A stretch of 64,000 nucleotides of DNA, from contig JBEKQV010000003.1 of assembly GCA_049519355.1 (NCBI GenBank), forward strand, positions 19,646-83,645, given 5' to 3'. Under the pieces are notes generated by a model. It searched no databases, was not told the origin of the DNA, and worked only from the letters and a program-made list of their open reading frames with translations. The DNA is from Candidatus Microgenomates bacterium (GTDB taxonomy: Bacteria; Patescibacteriota; Microgenomatia; UBA8517). A program made the translations under genes and the position numbers. Positions 9,803 through 18,264 of this stretch are shown one piece after another (within the stretch, counting starts at the first letter, position 1; the number at the start of each line of letters is the position of its first letter).

Positions 9803-10786
9803 ATGTCAGTGACTATAAAGCAAAAATTTAAAAAAATACTTGCCAGGCACTACGAAGATTTATCTGCAATAAAAAGCATTGAGACCTTTCTAAAGAAAAA
9901 AAGAGGCTATGTTATTCGTATGCCCAAGCCGGGATCAGACATAATACATTTGGTTTCAGGGGGAATGGATTCAATAACCACATGGGCGATTCTTATGGAA
10001 AAATATAAACTAAAGGTTCACCCCGTGGCTATAGAAACAGGCCAAGGTAAACACAAATCCGAACTAAGATCTCTTTCGTTTTATTCAAAAATGTTTAAGA
10101 AAAGATACCCCGATTTATACGTTGAGCCCTTTAAAATTACGTACCCCTCATCTCCTCCCGAGATAAAACAGATGCTAACGGTTGATTTAGAGAAAACCGT
10201 ACACCCGGATGTAATTAAAAAGTATTTTAATGCCAACAATAATACCGTTATATTAAAACGAAAATTTTTATATCCGGCATTTGTTGCCTTTCCAGCTGCA
10301 CGGGTTGCACTTTTCTTTGAAATGCAAAGGAATAAAAAAATCAGGGCTATTTCAACGGGAATTCTTCCGTCCGATGGTTATTACAATGAAAGCCAAACTT
10401 TGACAGCCTTACGTGGAGCCATGTTTGCTCTTTGTACATTTACTAATGATTACAATTGGCAGATATTCAGTTTGTGTTTTGAGAAAGAGATACACAGTCT
10501 TTATACAAAAGCCGATCTGGTTAAGTGGGCTTACGCAAACAATCTTCCGCTAGAAAACACATATAGCTGTCTGATGAACTTCGATAAAAACTGTGGGATT
10601 TGCGTCAATTGTCAGGTAAGAAAAAAAGCTTTTAAAAAAGCTGGCGTTAAGGATATCACTGAGTACGAAAGTGAAAGCATCTCCGTCCATAAGTTTATGA
10701 CACAAAAATTGGCAAAAACGCATAATCTGGTAAAATATAAACTTCTTCATAAAAAAAAGATAATTATTAAAGATTATACTCAATAA
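9803..10786 (+). CDS. QueC-like PP-loop ATPase (7-cyano-7-deazaguanine synthase family)
   Basis: SGGMDS PP-loop; TKADLV; TYSC-x6-CGICVNC-x2-R Zn site. Confidence 0.82.
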   Translation: MSVTIKQKFKKILARHYEDLSAIKSIETFLKKKRGYVIRMPKPGSDIIHLVSGGMDSITTWAILMEKYKLKVHPVAIETGQGKHKSELRSLSFYSKMFKKRYPDLYVEPFKITYPSSPPEIKQMLTVDLEKTVHPDVIKKYFNANNNTVILKRKFLYPAFVAFPAARVALFFEMQRNKKIRAISTGILPSDGYYNESQTLTALRGAMFALCTFTNDYNWQIFSLCFEKEIHSLYTKADLVKWAYANNLPLENTYSCLMNFDKNCGICVNCQVRKKAFKKAGVKDITEYESESISVHKFMTQKLAKTHNLVKYKLLHKKKIIIKDYTQ

Positions 10787-10932
10787 AATATTGCGGCATT
10801 TTATGAAAGCGTACAGTTTACAATATGAATAAGAACTTAGGATATTTTACTGCTCTAGCTTTTTTTGACATAAACGGAAAAATTACGGCACGAGGGCTTG
10901 CATTTCAGAAGTTATTAGTTTATCCGTAAGTT

Positions 10933-11700
10933 ATGTCAAATTATTTTTTAAACATATTTGAAACCAGATTTAAAAAGTTATATGGCAATGGAATTTTCAA
11001 TTTAAACGACGATATATTGTCAAATGCTGAAGTATTGGATGCTATCGAAAAAATGCCTGATGACGGCACCAAGGAGATTGCTAAATTTGTTACGACCAGG
11101 TTTGGTTTAAACAAAAAAATAAAGAAAATAGTTATCTTGGGTTCCGGTAGCGGAAAATTAGGAACCCGACTGGCGGATTACTTTAAAAATTCAATAATTG
11201 TAGATATCGACAAAAGCAGTCCCGTTATAAAGAGATTAAAAAATATTTTTAATAGGGACAAATTAAGAATGCCAAAACTTGGTGACGCACGTAACATACC
11301 GCTTGAAAAGGGTAGCGTTGATTTAATAGTTGCCTATAGCACCCTGAGGTATATAAATGATAGACGCAAAGTAATAGAAAGTATCAATAAGATTTTAAAA
11401 TCTGGTGGCTATGCCGTAATTGTAGAGGCAAGAGCAATAGATGTGGTGGAGGATATTGAATCCACCCTGAAAAATAAAAGAATTGCTTTTACCCGTAATA
11501 CGGAAAATAATATTCTTTTTTCGAGAACAAGTTTTTTTTATTACCTGGTTCTGGAATCTTCTAAAAACAAGATTTTGAAAAACAGGATTGAAAAAGTTGA
11601 AAACAAGAACAATTCGAGTTTTTTGGAGGCGGCTTTGAAATGTGCAGGCAAGTATAAAGGCTCGCTTTATTATGTAAGCTGGCAAAAGAAAAATGGTTAA
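10933..11700 (+). CDS. Class I SAM-dependent methyltransferase
   Basis: ILGSGSG, DID, GDARNIPL...SVDLIV, LKSGG. Confidence 0.85.
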   Translation: MSNYFLNIFETRFKKLYGNGIFNLNDDILSNAEVLDAIEKMPDDGTKEIAKFVTTRFGLNKKIKKIVILGSGSGKLGTRLADYFKNSIIVDIDKSSPVIKRLKNIFNRDKLRMPKLGDARNIPLEKGSVDLIVAYSTLRYINDRRKVIESINKILKSGGYAVIVEARAIDVVEDIESTLKNKRIAFTRNTENNILFSRTSFFYYLVLESSKNKILKNRIEKVENKNNSSFLEAALKCAGKYKGSLYYVSWQKKNG

Positions 11701-12799
11701 AGACTTTCACTTAAATTTTGTTGATATCGACAATAGGGAAGTAGAATCCGTTAGACGGGTGTTATTATCAAGGCACCTTGAACGGGGTTCTGTTACAAAA
11801 TTTGTTGAAAAAAAGTTAAAACATTTAATTAACGTTAAGAACGCAGTTTTAGTTAGTAATGCAACAGGAGCACTAATCGCTGGCCTAAAGGCATCGGGAA
11901 TAGGATTTGGAGATGAAGTTCTAACCACACCTTTTACATTCGCGGCCACAGTCAATGCGATTTCTTTAGTAGGAGCAGTTCCTGTTTATGTTGATATTGA
12001 CCCGGAGACTTTTAATCTGGACCCCGAAAAGATTGAAGAAAAAATATCCAGAAGGACGAAAGCAATATTGACTGTTGATCTTTTCGGACTTCCTTGCGAT
12101 TACGAAAAGATCGGCGTTATTGCCAAGAAACACAATTTGGTGGTTATTGCCGATTCGAGCCAAGCCTTCGGTTCTTTATTTAACAATAAGTACTTTTTTC
12201 CTAATGTAAGTTTGCAGGTTTTTTCATTCTTTATCTCGAAAGTTATAACTGCAGGGGAGGGAGGTTTGGCGATAACAAATAACAAGGAAATTGCCGATAA
12301 TTTCAATATATTTATCAACCATGGCCAGAAAAGAGGCAGTAAATATAAGTTCATTGCCTGTGGATGGAATTTCCGGCCAACCGATATCGAAGCGGCTATC
12401 ATTAAGAGCCAGTTGGGAAAATTAAACAGGATAATTTCAAAGAGGAAAAGGAACGCTAGATATCTTACGCAAAAACTTAAAAATACAAAAGGCCTTATTC
12501 TTCCCTCTGTTGGGATAAACCGGGAACATTCATTTTCCAGATATACGGTTAGGATTGGTAAAGATTTTAGGTCAACACGCGAACAAGTTATTAATTATTT
12601 GAGGAAAAATGGAGTTGAAACTGATGTTATCTATCCCAAACCTTTATATTTTTATAAACATTTATCTTTCGGGTTTGGCAAAGGAAGTTGTTTAGAATCC
12701 GAACGAGCTTCCCGTGAAGTTTTGACAATTCCTGTTCATCAAAATCTTACGAATAAGGATTTGGGCCACATTTGTAAATGCATTAAAGATAAAAGCTAG
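11693..12799 (+). CDS. DegT/DnrJ/EryC1/StrS sugar aminotransferase
   Basis: GDEVLTTPFTFAAT, DSSQAFG, SFFISKVITAGEGG. Confidence 0.92.
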   Translation: MVKDFHLNFVDIDNREVESVRRVLLSRHLERGSVTKFVEKKLKHLINVKNAVLVSNATGALIAGLKASGIGFGDEVLTTPFTFAATVNAISLVGAVPVYVDIDPETFNLDPEKIEEKISRRTKAILTVDLFGLPCDYEKIGVIAKKHNLVVIADSSQAFGSLFNNKYFFPNVSLQVFSFFISKVITAGEGGLAITNNKEIADNFNIFINHGQKRGSKYKFIACGWNFRPTDIEAAIIKSQLGKLNRIISKRKRNARYLTQKLKNTKGLILPSVGINREHSFSRYTVRIGKDFRSTREQVINYLRKNGVETDVIYPKPLYFYKHLSFGFGKGSCLESERASREVLTIPVHQNLTNKDLGHICKCIKDKS

Positions 12800-12855
12800 T
12801 GAAATCGGGCGCCGGCTCCATTTTTGATACATCCGTCCGTGTTTGCCCGTAGATT

Positions 12856-12884
12856 GCATGCGAAATTGATTATATTTATAATGA
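12856..12884 (+). promoter_or_regulatory. Sigma70-type promoter for the AhcY-like gene
   Basis: TTGCAT-N17-TATAAT. Confidence 0.5.
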
Positions 12885-12900
12885 CGGATACCCGCGCGTG

Positions 12901-14004
12901 ATGTACAACAAAAAGACATTAATTCAGAAGTGCCCCATATTTTACAATTCGTTGTCTGTAACTAAATTTGACGGGTATTCATTTATATTTATTCACCACC
13001 TTACTCAAAGTAACGCTCCGTTTTTAGCGGCTTGGATAAAAAAGGTAAAAACAATTGGAGTTATTTCAATACCTTATTCGGAAGTAATGATGGTTAAAAA
13101 GAAGTTGGGCAGATTGGTTAAAGTATTTTCGCCAAAAAGCGTTGATCAAATTCCCAAATTGTTGTTGGAGCTTAGCCAAAGAAGTCCGAAGGAAAAAATT
13201 GTCCTTGTTGAAGTTGGCGGATATTCATCACTAGTTTCAGATAAGTTAAAAAATGTCGTTTTTGGAATTGAGGACACCTCACAAGGGCACTGGCTGCAAG
13301 TTAAAAACCACAATCTTAGGTATCCTGTTGTTAGTATTGCAGATACAAAAGCCAAAAGAATAGAAGATCGGTACGTAGGAGAGTCGATAGTAAGAACTAT
13401 CGATCACGTTTTAAAAAAGCATAATTCTGTTTTTGGAAACAAAGAGAAAATTTATTCGGTTTTGTCTTACGGAAGAATAGGCGAATCCGTTTGTCTTGCT
13501 CTGAGGGACAGAGGAGTGCGCCCTTACGTCTTTGACACAAATATTTTCAAAAGGGCCCTGGCTATCGCTGACGGATATTTGTCTTCGGAGCGAAGCAGGC
13601 TTCTTAGGATATCCGATGTAATAATAGGTTGTAGCGGTAGGCGAAGCATAACAAAAAACGATATTGGTCTACTTAAACCCGGAAGTTGTCTTTTTAGCGG
13701 TTCCTCCAAGCAAGTCGAATTTGAAGAGATTTTAAATTATATGGACCGCGACTCGGGCGATAACCAACTGAAAGTATTAGATTTCGGAAATAAAAAAAGT
13801 TGGATTGGATATTTTGGGCAACCGATCAACTTTTTAGATACCACAGATTCAGAGATGTTTGATGTACCGTTCGCCTTGCAGGTCGAGTGCTTCAACTACT
13901 GGAAATCAAGTAAGTTAGCGAATAAAGTTTACACTCTCCCGATGGTATATCAGCGAAAGATTCTGGATCTTTACGTTAAATTTAATAATCATAAACAGCT
14001 TTAG
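12901..14004 (+). CDS. Divergent S-adenosylhomocysteine hydrolase-like protein
   Basis: HHL, EVGGY, IEDTSQG (cf. EETTTG), K..ED..VGES, YGRIG Rossmann, GQPINF. Confidence 0.7.
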   Translation: MYNKKTLIQKCPIFYNSLSVTKFDGYSFIFIHHLTQSNAPFLAAWIKKVKTIGVISIPYSEVMMVKKKLGRLVKVFSPKSVDQIPKLLLELSQRSPKEKIVLVEVGGYSSLVSDKLKNVVFGIEDTSQGHWLQVKNHNLRYPVVSIADTKAKRIEDRYVGESIVRTIDHVLKKHNSVFGNKEKIYSVLSYGRIGESVCLALRDRGVRPYVFDTNIFKRALAIADGYLSSERSRLLRISDVIIGCSGRRSITKNDIGLLKPGSCLFSGSSKQVEFEEILNYMDRDSGDNQLKVLDFGNKKSWIGYFGQPINFLDTTDSEMFDVPFALQVECFNYWKSSKLANKVYTLPMVYQRKILDLYVKFNNHKQL

Positions 14005-14006
14005 TT

Positions 14007-15395
14007 ATGTTTAAGAGTCAAAGAGTATTCAACAAAAAGATACAAATTTTTATATATATTGTCTATTTTACCTTTGCTTTTTTTGGTTTGAGGGAGATAT
14101 CAAATAAAACTGCCTATCAGCCAAATGAATATGATTATGTTGCTAGGGGAGCATACTTGGATTTATTTTCTCAGTACAACAACAAAAATTATCTATGGGA
14201 ATTGTACGATTCTTATGTTCAAGAAAAATTGCCTAGTTACATATACCAAATTTCATTAAAGGTCCAAAACGTACGCCCGATATTGGAAATTGACAACCTT
14301 AGCATAGCTCCGTCTTGGTGGTACGGAACTGGCAGCTGCCGCCCCCCTAATTATTCAGATATAAATTGTCAAACGATAACCTCAGGTAACTGGACGTGGT
14401 CTATAGACGGAGTTACGCCAAAAAAGGTCAGTCAAGAGATAAATGCCGGACTATTACCGTCACAGGCACCAACGGATTTGGTTTCGATTAATGCCGCGCG
14501 CAACGTTTCTTTAATATTTTCATTAGGATCTTTAATACTAATTTGCCTAATTGTGAACTATTTTTGGGGTTTCATTTCAAGTCTAATTGCGTCCAGTATT
14601 TTAATTTTTTCTCCTCTTTTTGAAACGTCGACGCTTAGGGCTCTTGGGGATACATTTCTTTTATTTTTTCTACTTTTATCCTTTTTTCTGACGGTGATTT
14701 GGTATAACAGGACAAAAAATCTGCGAATATCAAAAGCGGTGATGTTAAGTATTCCGATCGGTGTCAGCTTCGGTCTTGCTATGGCATCAAAATTAAATGG
14801 ATTTGTCAGTCTGATTTTCTTTTTTATATTATCGGTAATTTTATTTTACAAAATTCCAAAAATCAGGCTAAATTTATTTCTCTCTTTCATAACTGTTTCT
14901 GCGGTAATGCTTTCTGTTTTTGTAATTCTTAATCCCTTTGTTTGGAAAAATCCTATCGAAGGGACAGCTTTTATGGTTCAACACAGGTGGAATGAAACTT
15001 TATATTATCAGGTCCAGCCGGGTTTTAAACCGATTCTAACATTTGGAGAGCGTTTATATTTTCTATTGGCACGAACAATACTGCCGGGAGGAGACTATGT
15101 AATTCGAAATCATGGAACCCCTCTTGGTTTAATTTTGTTTTTGTTTGGCGGTTGGGGATTGTATTCCGATCTCAAATCCAAAAAAAATAAACTTAAAATT
15201 TTCGCAAAACTTATTCTGATTTATGGTCTGATGATGTGGATTGTAATGGGTATTTATTTGAAACTGGATTGGGATAGGTATTACTTACCATTTGTGCCCT
15301 TTGTTGTTATTGTTAGCTCCAGGGGGATTGTTAAAATTGTGGAATTTTTTAGGTGGTTTAAAAATAAATATCTGCAACGCGTCTTCCTAGAGTAA
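14007..15395 (+). CDS. GT-C fold membrane glycosyltransferase (PMT/ArnT-like)
   Basis: Multiple TMs, acidic loop after TM1 (PNEYD), GLAMASKLNG, LNPFVW, RYYLP. Confidence 0.7.
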   Translation: MFKSQRVFNKKIQIFIYIVYFTFAFFGLREISNKTAYQPNEYDYVARGAYLDLFSQYNNKNYLWELYDSYVQEKLPSYIYQISLKVQNVRPILEIDNLSIAPSWWYGTGSCRPPNYSDINCQTITSGNWTWSIDGVTPKKVSQEINAGLLPSQAPTDLVSINAARNVSLIFSLGSLILICLIVNYFWGFISSLIASSILIFSPLFETSTLRALGDTFLLFFLLLSFFLTVIWYNRTKNLRISKAVMLSIPIGVSFGLAMASKLNGFVSLIFFFILSVILFYKIPKIRLNLFLSFITVSAVMLSVFVILNPFVWKNPIEGTAFMVQHRWNETLYYQVQPGFKPILTFGERLYFLLARTILPGGDYVIRNHGTPLGLILFLFGGWGLYSDLKSKKNKLKIFAKLILIYGLMMWIVMGIYLKLDWDRYYLPFVPFVVIVSSRGIVKIVEFFRWFKNKYLQRVFLE

Positions 15396-16626
15396 CTGCG
15401 TAGTTTGTTTGACGGTCCCATGGATAAACTTGTTGTAAATTGGCAAGATAAACATTCTTAAGTGGGGTGACAAAAGGAAGGATCTTTCCGGAAAAGTTTA
15501 ATGTGACAACTGGTTGGGCGAACGGAACCTTAAATACCATTTTGTCGATAAGGTTGTCCTTAAAGTGCGGGTTAAGCATATTTAAATACGGCTCATACTC
15601 GTTTAGTAGGTCATCATCCGATAGCGAAAAATAGCGATGAGATGAACTTAGATAATTTCCTATGTATATTAAATGGTGATTATTGTAGTGTGACTTATCT
15701 ACAAAATTCGTATGTTCTACTACTGCTATAAATGGGTATTTTTTTTCGCACACGCTTAGCCAATAAACACCTGATGGGAAAAACGCTTTTTTGAGTTCAA
15801 TTATCATGGTTATTGCGCCAACTCCCTTAACGTCGAGCAGTTTTCGCTTATAGTCTTCAGGTAGTTGAGGAGACATTTTTGTAAAAGGCGCGTTTGGTAA
15901 AGTTATGATTAAACTGTCAAAGGAGTGTTCCCGGCTACTTGTATGTACAAGAACTTTGTTTTTTGGGATGTTAACAACTTTGATAACATTCGTATTATAG
16001 TGAATCAACCCACCCCTATCGATAATTTTTTCTGCTGTTTTGTTCGCTAAATTTTGGAATCCTCCTTCAGGATAGCCGAGACGGGCGGACCGGCTTTTAA
16101 TTCGAGCCCAGAACCAAGCCATGGAGATTTTCTTGGAGTTTTGGCCAAATTTAGAAATAAGGAGAGGCTTCCAAAATAGGTTGTAGGTGTGCCTGCCCAT
16201 CATTCTTGATAACCATTCTTCTGCCGAGACTTTCTCTAACGGCTTCCAGTTTGAAATAGATTTAAGATACCCGATAACAGCACCCATGCGGGATCGTTCA
16301 GATAAAGTTAGCTTCGGGAAACGTAGCAGTTTTAACGGTGAGTCAATTTGGAATATTTCCTTATCAATAAACCAAGATGTGTTGGGTAAAGAAAATGAAA
16401 ATTTTACGTTAACCTCATCGGCGAGTTTTTGTATATCCGTATCACCCGTAAAAATATGGTGGTAATGTTTTTCCAATGGCCAATTCCACCCCGCTTTTTT
16501 AAATCCGGTCGCCAAACCGCCGGGAAAGGATTCCTTTTCCAGTAGCGTAACTTTATGTCCTTTTTTTTGTAATTCTAAGGCTGCGCTGAGGCCGGTAAAA
16601 CCGGTTCCGATTATTCCTACATTCAT
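15358..16626 (-). CDS. FAD-dependent oxidoreductase (amine oxidase/protoporphyrinogen oxidase-like, glycan-locus type)
   Basis: GTGFTGLSAA..E..GGLA, EKHYHHIF, YPWDR. Confidence 0.85.
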   Translation of the reverse strand: MNVGIIGTGFTGLSAALELQKKGHKVTLLEKESFPGGLATGFKKAGWNWPLEKHYHHIFTGDTDIQKLADEVNVKFSFSLPNTSWFIDKEIFQIDSPLKLLRFPKLTLSERSRMGAVIGYLKSISNWKPLEKVSAEEWLSRMMGRHTYNLFWKPLLISKFGQNSKKISMAWFWARIKSRSARLGYPEGGFQNLANKTAEKIIDRGGLIHYNTNVIKVVNIPKNKVLVHTSSREHSFDSLIITLPNAPFTKMSPQLPEDYKRKLLDVKGVGAITMIIELKKAFFPSGVYWLSVCEKKYPFIAVVEHTNFVDKSHYNNHHLIYIGNYLSSSHRYFSLSDDDLLNEYEPYLNMLNPHFKDNLIDKMVFKVPFAQPVVTLNFSGKILPFVTPLKNVYLANLQQVYPWDRQTNYAVTLGRRVADIYF

Positions 16627-16630
16627 TTTT

Positions 16631-17788
16631 TTATAGTACATCTTTTTTTGGAGAGTTTATTTCCGGATTGCAGTATTTTAGAATCTCCTCGATCTTTCTT
16701 TGCCAGCTATTTTCTATAGCTAACCTTTTTTCTTGATGCTTGTATTTTTCTGGCCAAGGTTTGGATAAAAGATGCTTTATAGTTCTTTCCCAATCTTTGT
16801 AGTTGTTTTCTGTTTTAACGTAGTTGGGAAACTGTTTAAGTTCCTCGATGGGGGTAGAAATAACTGGTTTTCCTAGATAAAAATATTCAAAAAGTTTTGC
16901 AGGATAGCAATATTTATTAAAGTTTTGAGAAATATCATAGGGGATAATTCCGATGTCAAACTGTGAAATTATTTCGGGAATTTCTTCTTTTTTCCAACTT
17001 TCGCCCGCCGTTACATTTATTAGAGAAAGAATTTCTTTAATTTTTGGTTGGACTGTGGTGTCAGACTTGCCCCACTTTTGTATCGGACCCCAAATAACGA
17101 AATTCCATTTGGAATTATGTTTTATAAGTCGAAGTAATAAGTCAAAATTAAGTCTTTTGTTAACGCCTCCAACAAATCCAATAACTGGTTTTTTTAGTTT
17201 AAGGACAGTATGTTTATATTTCTTTTTTGCAAAATCTAAAATTCTAAACCCTTGAGGCACAAGTTTTACATTCTTTCTGAACTTCTGTAAATGGTTTTGA
17301 AGAATATGTGAATTGACAACTACCAAGTCAGCTTTTTTACAAAGCCACTGTTCATCATGCCCTCCAAAAAAATCGACACAATCATATAGAAGGAAATATT
17401 TTTTCCCAAAATATTTATAAATGGGGGAAAGATTTGGATCAAAGATCCAGAAAACTCTTTTTCTGCATTTTCTAAGGATGTAGACAATTTCGGTAAAAAA
17501 CCGCAAGAAAAGTAGGTTAGCGGAAAAATTTAATTTTTCAATAAATTTAAATCTGCGGAATGGGATAAAGTATATTGGGCGGACCAAGTAAATGTTCTTT
17601 GAATATTTACTTGTTTTTTTTGGAAAATCGTGGGCATGAATTTTTTCTTTTAAATATACAGTGTCTCCCCACAAATAACAGACGATAATGTTACCTTTTT
17701 TAGAGAGCTCGAAAGCTGTTTGATTTAAATAGTCTGTCGACCAATTCCAAGAGACATTAAACGGTATTACTATGATATTTTTTCTCAT
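16631..17788 (-). CDS. Glycosyltransferase (GT4, TuaH-like)
   Basis: YDCVD, FDIGIIPY, PAKLFEYFYLGKPVIS. Confidence 0.85.
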   Translation of the reverse strand: MRKNIIVIPFNVSWNWSTDYLNQTAFELSKKGNIIVCYLWGDTVYLKEKIHAHDFPKKTSKYSKNIYLVRPIYFIPFRRFKFIEKLNFSANLLFLRFFTEIVYILRKCRKRVFWIFDPNLSPIYKYFGKKYFLLYDCVDFFGGHDEQWLCKKADLVVVNSHILQNHLQKFRKNVKLVPQGFRILDFAKKKYKHTVLKLKKPVIGFVGGVNKRLNFDLLLRLIKHNSKWNFVIWGPIQKWGKSDTTVQPKIKEILSLINVTAGESWKKEEIPEIISQFDIGIIPYDISQNFNKYCYPAKLFEYFYLGKPVISTPIEELKQFPNYVKTENNYKDWERTIKHLLSKPWPEKYKHQEKRLAIENSWQRKIEEILKYCNPEINSPKKDVL

Positions 17789-17928
17789 TTTAAAGTTAAG
17801 TTTGCAAATCGTACCACTTTATACAATTAGGTGTAAAGATTTTCAAAATTTTTGGCATTTCAAGAAAACCATGCTTATATAGCATTTATATTGGATTATC
17901 TGTAAAATATAACCGCACAAAAATAGGT

Positions 17929-18081
17929 ATGGTTGAATCGATAAAACAACTTCTTTTATTGGTTAAGAACACAAAGAAAGACTGGTTAATTCCGGTTATT
18001 TTATTTTTTATTATCGTGGCTATGCTTATCATTGCTTCTCAAATTGTGCCAATACCATTCTTTATATATCCAATTGTATGA
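17929..18081 (+). CDS. 50-aa membrane peptide, SxtK/DUF5989-like (not in supplied ORF track)
   Basis: Hand translation MVESIKQLLLLVKNTKKDWLIPVILFFIIVAMLIIASQIVPIPFFIYPIV*; KKxWLxP...PFIY pattern; ATGA overlap with next gene. Confidence 0.75.
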   Translation: MVESIKQLLLLVKNTKKDWLIPVILFFIIVAMLIIASQIVPIPFFIYPIV

Positions 18082-18263
18082 AAAGATTAATCACAGCCAT
18101 AAATACTTTTATGATTCAAGTTATTTTGTTCTTCGTATATTTTGTAGCCATTGGAATCGCAGCCGCACTTTATAGACTACAGAAAGCAAGTTCAAAGAAT
18201 CACGGTTTATGGAATAAGAAAAATTTCCCAGCAAATCGAGATTATTTCCTGTCTCCTTATTGA
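18078..18263 (+). CDS. Small SxtJ-like membrane protein
   Basis: N..I..ILFFVYF TM, W....YF.SPY C-terminus; lies between the DUF5989-like peptide and the carbamoyltransferase. Confidence 0.65.
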   Translation: MKRLITAINTFMIQVILFFVYFVAIGIAAALYRLQKASSKNHGLWNKKNFPANRDYFLSPY

Positions 18264-18264
18264 T

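Noticed and set aside
9803-10786. QatABCD, CBASS or Dpd defence system
   Set aside because: No KAP ATPase, TatD, cyclase or TGT/DpdA neighbours
12800-12905. SAH riboswitch upstream of the AhcY-like gene
   Set aside because: GC-rich with short inverted repeats (ATCCGTC/GACGGAT) but lacks the GAGGAGCG...AGGCUC consensus, and most of it lies upstream of the predicted promoter
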